Source: an uncultured Chloroflexia bacterium (GTDB taxonomy: Bacteria; Chloroflexota; Limnocylindria; Limnocylindrales; CSP1-4). Taken from it: 64,000 nt of DNA. The first letter of the stretch is position 1, and every line of letters begins with the position of its first letter. A program made the position numbers and the translations under genes. The DNA is taken from the NCBI GenBank assembly GCA_963835945.1, contig CAWIHR010000068.1, forward strand, positions 2,325-66,324, read 5' to 3'. Shown one piece after another: positions 60,560 to 64,000 of this stretch. A model generated the notes under the pieces. That model ran no database searches and was not told the origin of the DNA. It saw only the letters and a list, made by a program, of their open reading frames with translations.

Positions 60560-61010
60560 GGTGCGCCTTACCCTGCGGGAGGTGCGGCCGGCGACGGGTC
60601 CCAGCTTGCCCTCTTCGCGCTCTTCGACTTCCTTGCCTGATCACCGATGACGAGGGAGGACGCCCTCGCCCGCGAAGCGGATCACCGGCGCCACGCCGAG
60701 ATCGAGGGCGCCATCCGCGATCTCAAGTACGACAACCTCAACCAGCTGCCGTCGGGGAAGCTCGCCGCGAACGGGGCCTGGCAGGCCGTGCCGGCGATCG
60801 CCCAACGTGGCCGGTGGACGGCCCGCATCGGGACGCCCCGCGGGCATCGTCACCACCAGGACCCTGCGCAGGCGGCGCTTCAGCCTGGCCGGGCGGTTCA
60901 CACCCCCTCGGCCCGCCGCCTGAGCCTGCCTCTGCCGGCCCGCTGTGGCCCCCGATGGGGAGCTTTGCCGCCGCCCTGATGCGCCTCCGGACGCCCCTCG
61001 CCCGCTCGGG
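60560..61010 (+). mobile_element. 3' remnant of an IS1380-like DDE transposase gene, multiply frameshifted
   Basis: LITDDEG, EADHRRHAEIEGAIRDLKYDNLNQLPSGKLAANGAWQAV, IVTTRTLRRRRFSLAGRF and LWPPMGSFAAALMRLRTP are spread over three frames. Together they resemble the conserved C-terminal third of IS1380-type transposases. No catalytic N-terminal part is present. Confidence 0.55.
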
Positions 61011-61572
61011 GATTCGGGCGGAAACCTGTCCGCGTCCGCTCCGGCGGCGCTCCAGCAAGCCGGCTCGGGCCTGCCAGCGGTGCTGCGGCGACCGCCACCA
61101 CGCCATCTGGTCGTCGGGCTCATCTGAGTAGCCGGCCAGAGGGCCGCTTCGGCTCCTACCGACCCCGGTCAGGCGGAACTACGTGGATCCGGCATCAGTG
61201 TCGCGGATCACCGTCGGCTTGGTCATTGGCACCGTCTGCCCAAGTCGCGAGCGAACAGGCCGGTGAATCGAGGCAGACGGTGATGGTCTTTGGGGTCGAC
61301 CACCGGGAGGAGCCGCTTGTCCTCAGGTCGGAGACGCAGGACCCGGCGCGGGTCCGGATGACCCCGGAACGGAATACCGAGCGGGGTGTTCGCCGCGGCG
61401 GCTGATGAATCGGGCCCGAGCCAAGCCGGCGAGCTGGGTGGCGTTGCCGAGAGGGACCGCGGCGCCGGGCGTTAGGTCGAGCAGCCAGCGCTCGTGGTCG
61501 ATTGCGGCGACAGCGTCGGTAGTGCCGTCGTCCTCGTAGCGGTTCGCACCCTGCCTCGCCAGGACACAAAGA

Positions 61573-61609
61573 GACGACGGGCGGGGGTCAGGGTCCCTCG
61601 CCCGTCGTC
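61573..61609 (-). terminator. Hairpin terminator for the minus-strand surface-protein gene
   Basis: On the minus strand, GACGACGGGCG-n15-CGCCCGTCGTC is followed by TCTTTGTGT. It lies 48 nt after the stop. Confidence 0.6.
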
Positions 61610-61656
61610 AAATCGCGGTGGGGGCAGCGAGCCCCCGGGTGGAGTCGGGTTGCGGG

Positions 61657-63099
61657 TTAGCGCTCGATGTGCTCCAGGAGGCGGCCGCGGAGGCGGGTGG
61701 CTACCACGAGCGCCAGAGAGGCGGCACCGAGGGCGCCGAGGAGCAGCAACAGGCTGCTGCCACTGGGTGAGCCACTGTCACCCCCGAGGGTGCTGGTCGG
61801 CGGCACGGAAGGGGCGGGCGTGCCCGTCGCGCCAGCCACGCTGCCCGTCTGCGTTGGAGTCGGCGTCGGCGGAGTCGGCGTGGGCGGAGTCGGCGTGGGC
61901 GGAGTCGGCGTCGGCGGAGTCGGCGTCGGCGGAGTCGGCGTCGGCGTCGAACAGAGCCACGGCTTGAGTTCACACACCGGCGACGGCGTGCGGGCGGGAA
62001 CCACCACCGTCTCCGCACCGCAGGCCGAAGTGGCCGACTTGTTGCTGTCGTCGCCGCTGTAGCTGGCGGTCCACTCGTAGGTGCCCGCTGCCGTGGTCGT
62101 GAAGCCCAACGGGGTGCTGTAGCTGCCGTCGCCGGTGATGTCACTGGCGGTATAGGTGTAGATGGGGTCACCCGAGCAGGTCAGATTGTCAGGGCCGTAG
62201 AGGCCGAAGACGATTGAGCCAGTCGGGGTCGAGCCGCCCGCAAGGATGGCCGTGTCGGTGAGCGTCACGCCCACCTCCCCGCCGGCGCTCGGGGTCGTGG
62301 TGAGCGACGGGCTGCTGGGAGCGGGGGGCGGCGCCGTGACTACTTCCGGCTCGCCGCAGCCCGCGCTGGCCGGACTATTGCCGCTGTCGTCGCCGCTGTA
62401 GCTGACGCTCCAGTCGTAGGTGCCCTTCGCCGTGGTCGTGAAGCCCGTCGGGGTGCTGTAGCGGCCGTCGCCGGTGATGTCGCTGGCGGTATAGGTGTAG
62501 ATGGGGTCACCCGAGCAGGTGAGATTGTCAGGACCGTAGAGGTCGAACGTGATGGTGCCGGTCGGGTTGAAGGCGCCCGACAGGATGGCCGTGTCGGTGA
62601 GCGTCACGCCCACCTTGCCGCCGGTGCTGGGGCTGGGGGTCGTCGACAAGGCGGGCTGGCATCCCGTCGGCAGGGTCGCCGTGGCGTACCACGGACCTGG
62701 GTAATTGCCTTTATCACCCCACACGAAATTCGAGGCCTCGAGGCTGAGTGAGGTGTAGGGGCTGCTCGGGGTGAAGGAGCCGGACCAGAACCAGCTGTCG
62801 GCACTTGAGAAGGACGCGGCGGTGGTGACCGGGGTGTAGTTGCTGCTGCCATTGATAGCGTATGAAATGGTGAAGGTCGCGTCCGCCTGCCCAATGGTGT
62901 CGACGGTGGTCCAGTCAGTTACCGTGTACTCGACGACGCCGGTGCAGGTCGCGCTGGCTGCCACCGACGCTGAGTGCCCCAAGGCGATGCCGGCCGTGGC
63001 CGGAATGAGCACCGCGAGAAGAGCGACCACTGTGGCCAAAGTGAGCGCGCGGGCGCGGACCCGCGCCCGCGCGCTGGGCGGCGTGAAGAGTGCGTGCAT
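61657..63099 (-). CDS. Secreted surface protein with two duplicated Ig-like modules, a (PTPTP) repeat stalk and a C-terminal hydrophobic anchor
   Basis: The signal peptide is ALTLATVVALLAVLIPATAGIALG. Two modules of about 113 aa share VGVTLTDTAIL.G...PTG.I.F.LYGPDNLTCSGDPIYTYTASDITGDG.YSTP.GFTTTA.GTY.W..SYSGDD. The stalk is TPTPTPPTPTPPTPTPPTPTPPTPTPPTPTPT. The tail is SSLLLLLGALGAASLALVVATRLRGR. A GAGGGGAG RBS is present. Confidence 0.75.
   Translation of the reverse strand: MHALFTPPSARARVRARALTLATVVALLAVLIPATAGIALGHSASVAASATCTGVVEYTVTDWTTVDTIGQADATFTISYAINGSSNYTPVTTAASFSSADSWFWSGSFTPSSPYTSLSLEASNFVWGDKGNYPGPWYATATLPTGCQPALSTTPSPSTGGKVGVTLTDTAILSGAFNPTGTITFDLYGPDNLTCSGDPIYTYTASDITGDGRYSTPTGFTTTAKGTYDWSVSYSGDDSGNSPASAGCGEPEVVTAPPPAPSSPSLTTTPSAGGEVGVTLTDTAILAGGSTPTGSIVFGLYGPDNLTCSGDPIYTYTASDITGDGSYSTPLGFTTTAAGTYEWTASYSGDDSNKSATSACGAETVVVPARTPSPVCELKPWLCSTPTPTPPTPTPPTPTPPTPTPPTPTPPTPTPTQTGSVAGATGTPAPSVPPTSTLGGDSGSPSGSSLLLLLGALGAASLALVVATRLRGRLLEHIER
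61856..61945 (-). repeat. Six tandem copies of a 15-bp unit (GGAGTCGGCGTSGGC) encoding the PTPTP stalk
   Basis: Read directly from the sequence. It is in frame within the 61657-63099 gene. Confidence 0.9.
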
Positions 63100-63532
63100 C
63101 GATAAGCTCCCCTCGATGAAGACAGCCGCCGGATAGGTCGACGGCGGAGGGTCCCTGAACCTTCCGGGTATGAGTCTTGTCCGTTTGGGCCTGCACGTCT
63201 AGTACTTTGAGCGCCAATTCGCGACGCGTCCACGCACGACGAGCCCGGGAGGGGCCACTTTCCGTTGACCTTGGGCACCGCCCGGTCCTGGGTGGCCTAG
63301 GACGAAGGTCCCCCGGACGGGCGATCGCTCTCCTGGTGGGAAAGGCCAACGATGACGCGGAGGGCGGATCTGCCAGACCGTCTGGTGGCATGAGGGGCCG
63401 GTAGGTGCCGAGGACCTGCGGGAGCGATGAGGGCCTCGGCGACACGCGGGACCCCCACAGGCCATGACCGCCAGGGGTCTCGTCGACGGCTGACGACGTC
63501 GCGCTCGTCCTGTTCTGTCATGATCCCGGCGG

Positions 63533-64000
63533 ATGCACGTTCCTCCCCGCATCGGTTACGCTGATCTCCATGTTCACCCCAGCGGCGATGCCGTCAGCGC
63601 CGCGACGCCGATGGCGGTGTACGCCGCGCTGCGGGCAGTGATCTGCGGGTCGCGGTGCTCGCCGACCACGACCGCATCGACGTGGCCCAGGCGCTCGTCG
63701 CCCGGTCGCGCGAGCAGGGAATCGCAATCGAGCTGGTCGTCGGCGAGGAGATCACCACCCGCGAAGGACACCTGTTGGGGATCGGCGTCACGGCCCTCGT
63801 GCCGGCCGGGTTGTCCCTTGCCGAGACGGTCGCCGCCGTCCATGTGCAGGGCGGGATCGCCGTGGTTGCCCATCCGCTGCTGCCGCCCTACCTGGCGGCA
63901 TCCGCCCACCGACTCGTTGAGCTGACCGAAGGCGACCCCCACTGTCGACCCGACGCTCTTGAGACGATGAACCCGGTGGGAGCGTGGGTGCCCGGCTGGC
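63533..64000 (+). pseudogene. PHP-domain phosphoesterase; the 3' end lies outside the window and there is a frame break near nt 63638
   Basis: YADLHVHPSGDAVSAATPMAVYAALRA is in the ATG-63533 frame. SDLRVAVLADHDRIDVAQALV..ELVVGEEITTREGHLLGIG..VHVQGGIAVVAHP follows in the +1 frame. This is the canonical order of PHP metal-ligand motifs. Confidence 0.65.

Noticed and set aside
61856-61945. 15-bp tandem repeat as a non-coding microsatellite or regulatory array
   Set aside because: It lies in frame inside the 61657-63099 gene and encodes the PTPTP stalk. I therefore treat it as a coding repeat, possibly length-variable.

Overview
Very GC-rich (roughly 70% by eye) bacterial chromosomal segment. 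It is gene-dense and mostly transcribed on the + strand. No rRNA, tRNA or CRISPR array was recognised. I cannot assign taxonomy from this window. GTG/TTG starts, Cys-lipobox lipoproteins, PT-rich linkers and leaderless-type promoters fit a high-GC terrabacterial lineage.

Layout:
(1) nt 1-7760: glycerol/DHA-related genes. These are glpK, a GlpA-type flavoprotein with SdhB/C/D-like partners, dhaM, a ketopantoate-reductase-like gene, plsY and ptsI. Five single-nt frame breaks fall in the first 3.3 kb.
(2) 7.9-17.3 kb: housekeeping genes. These are apt, an MtnA/eIF-2B-like protein, a GNAT, ahcY, metK, and a GDP-mannose trio (guanylyltransferase, phosphomannomutase, PGI/PMI).
(3) 17.4-21.3 kb: a small SWIM protein, an acyl-CoA-synthetase remnant, and a cobalamin riboswitch with a BtuFCD-like ABC importer.
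(4) 21.3-34.9 kb: lipoproteins, an AI-2E transporter, trpS, hom-thrC-thrB, a two-component system, ask and birA.
(5) 34.9-45.5 kb: an ECF sigma/anti-sigma pair translationally coupled to an acc/fab operon. The operon holds a fused accD-accA, a lysine-less BCCP paralogue, accC, fabZ, a phosphoesterase, fabF, accB, fabH and fabG.
(6) 44.7-51.8 kb: an accessory patch bracketed by a 246-bp direct repeat of the fabG 5' end. It contains a decayed IS481-like element, an XRE-HTH::AbiEii-type nucleotidyltransferase fusion with a coupled small ORF, and a second ECF sigma. That sigma is separated from its zf-HC2 anti-sigma by a wHTH-MNT/HEPN pair.
(7) 51.9-63.1 kb: a surface-protein island. It holds a ~1257-aa Ig-domain protein, a PPC/SbsA-like protein, a protein with five near-identical 312-bp tandem repeats, a transposase remnant, and a convergent PT-repeat surface protein.
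(8) 63.5 kb to the end: a PHP-domain gene.

The best candidates for something undescribed are the two nucleotidyltransferase modules in the accessory patch and the ECF-linked surface-protein island with its paralogous lipoprotein at 24.7 kb.

Caveat: at least 8 conserved non-mobile genes show single-nt frame breaks. Assembly error versus real pseudogenisation cannot be decided from the sequence alone. All family assignments rest on motif recognition by eye, not on database searches.
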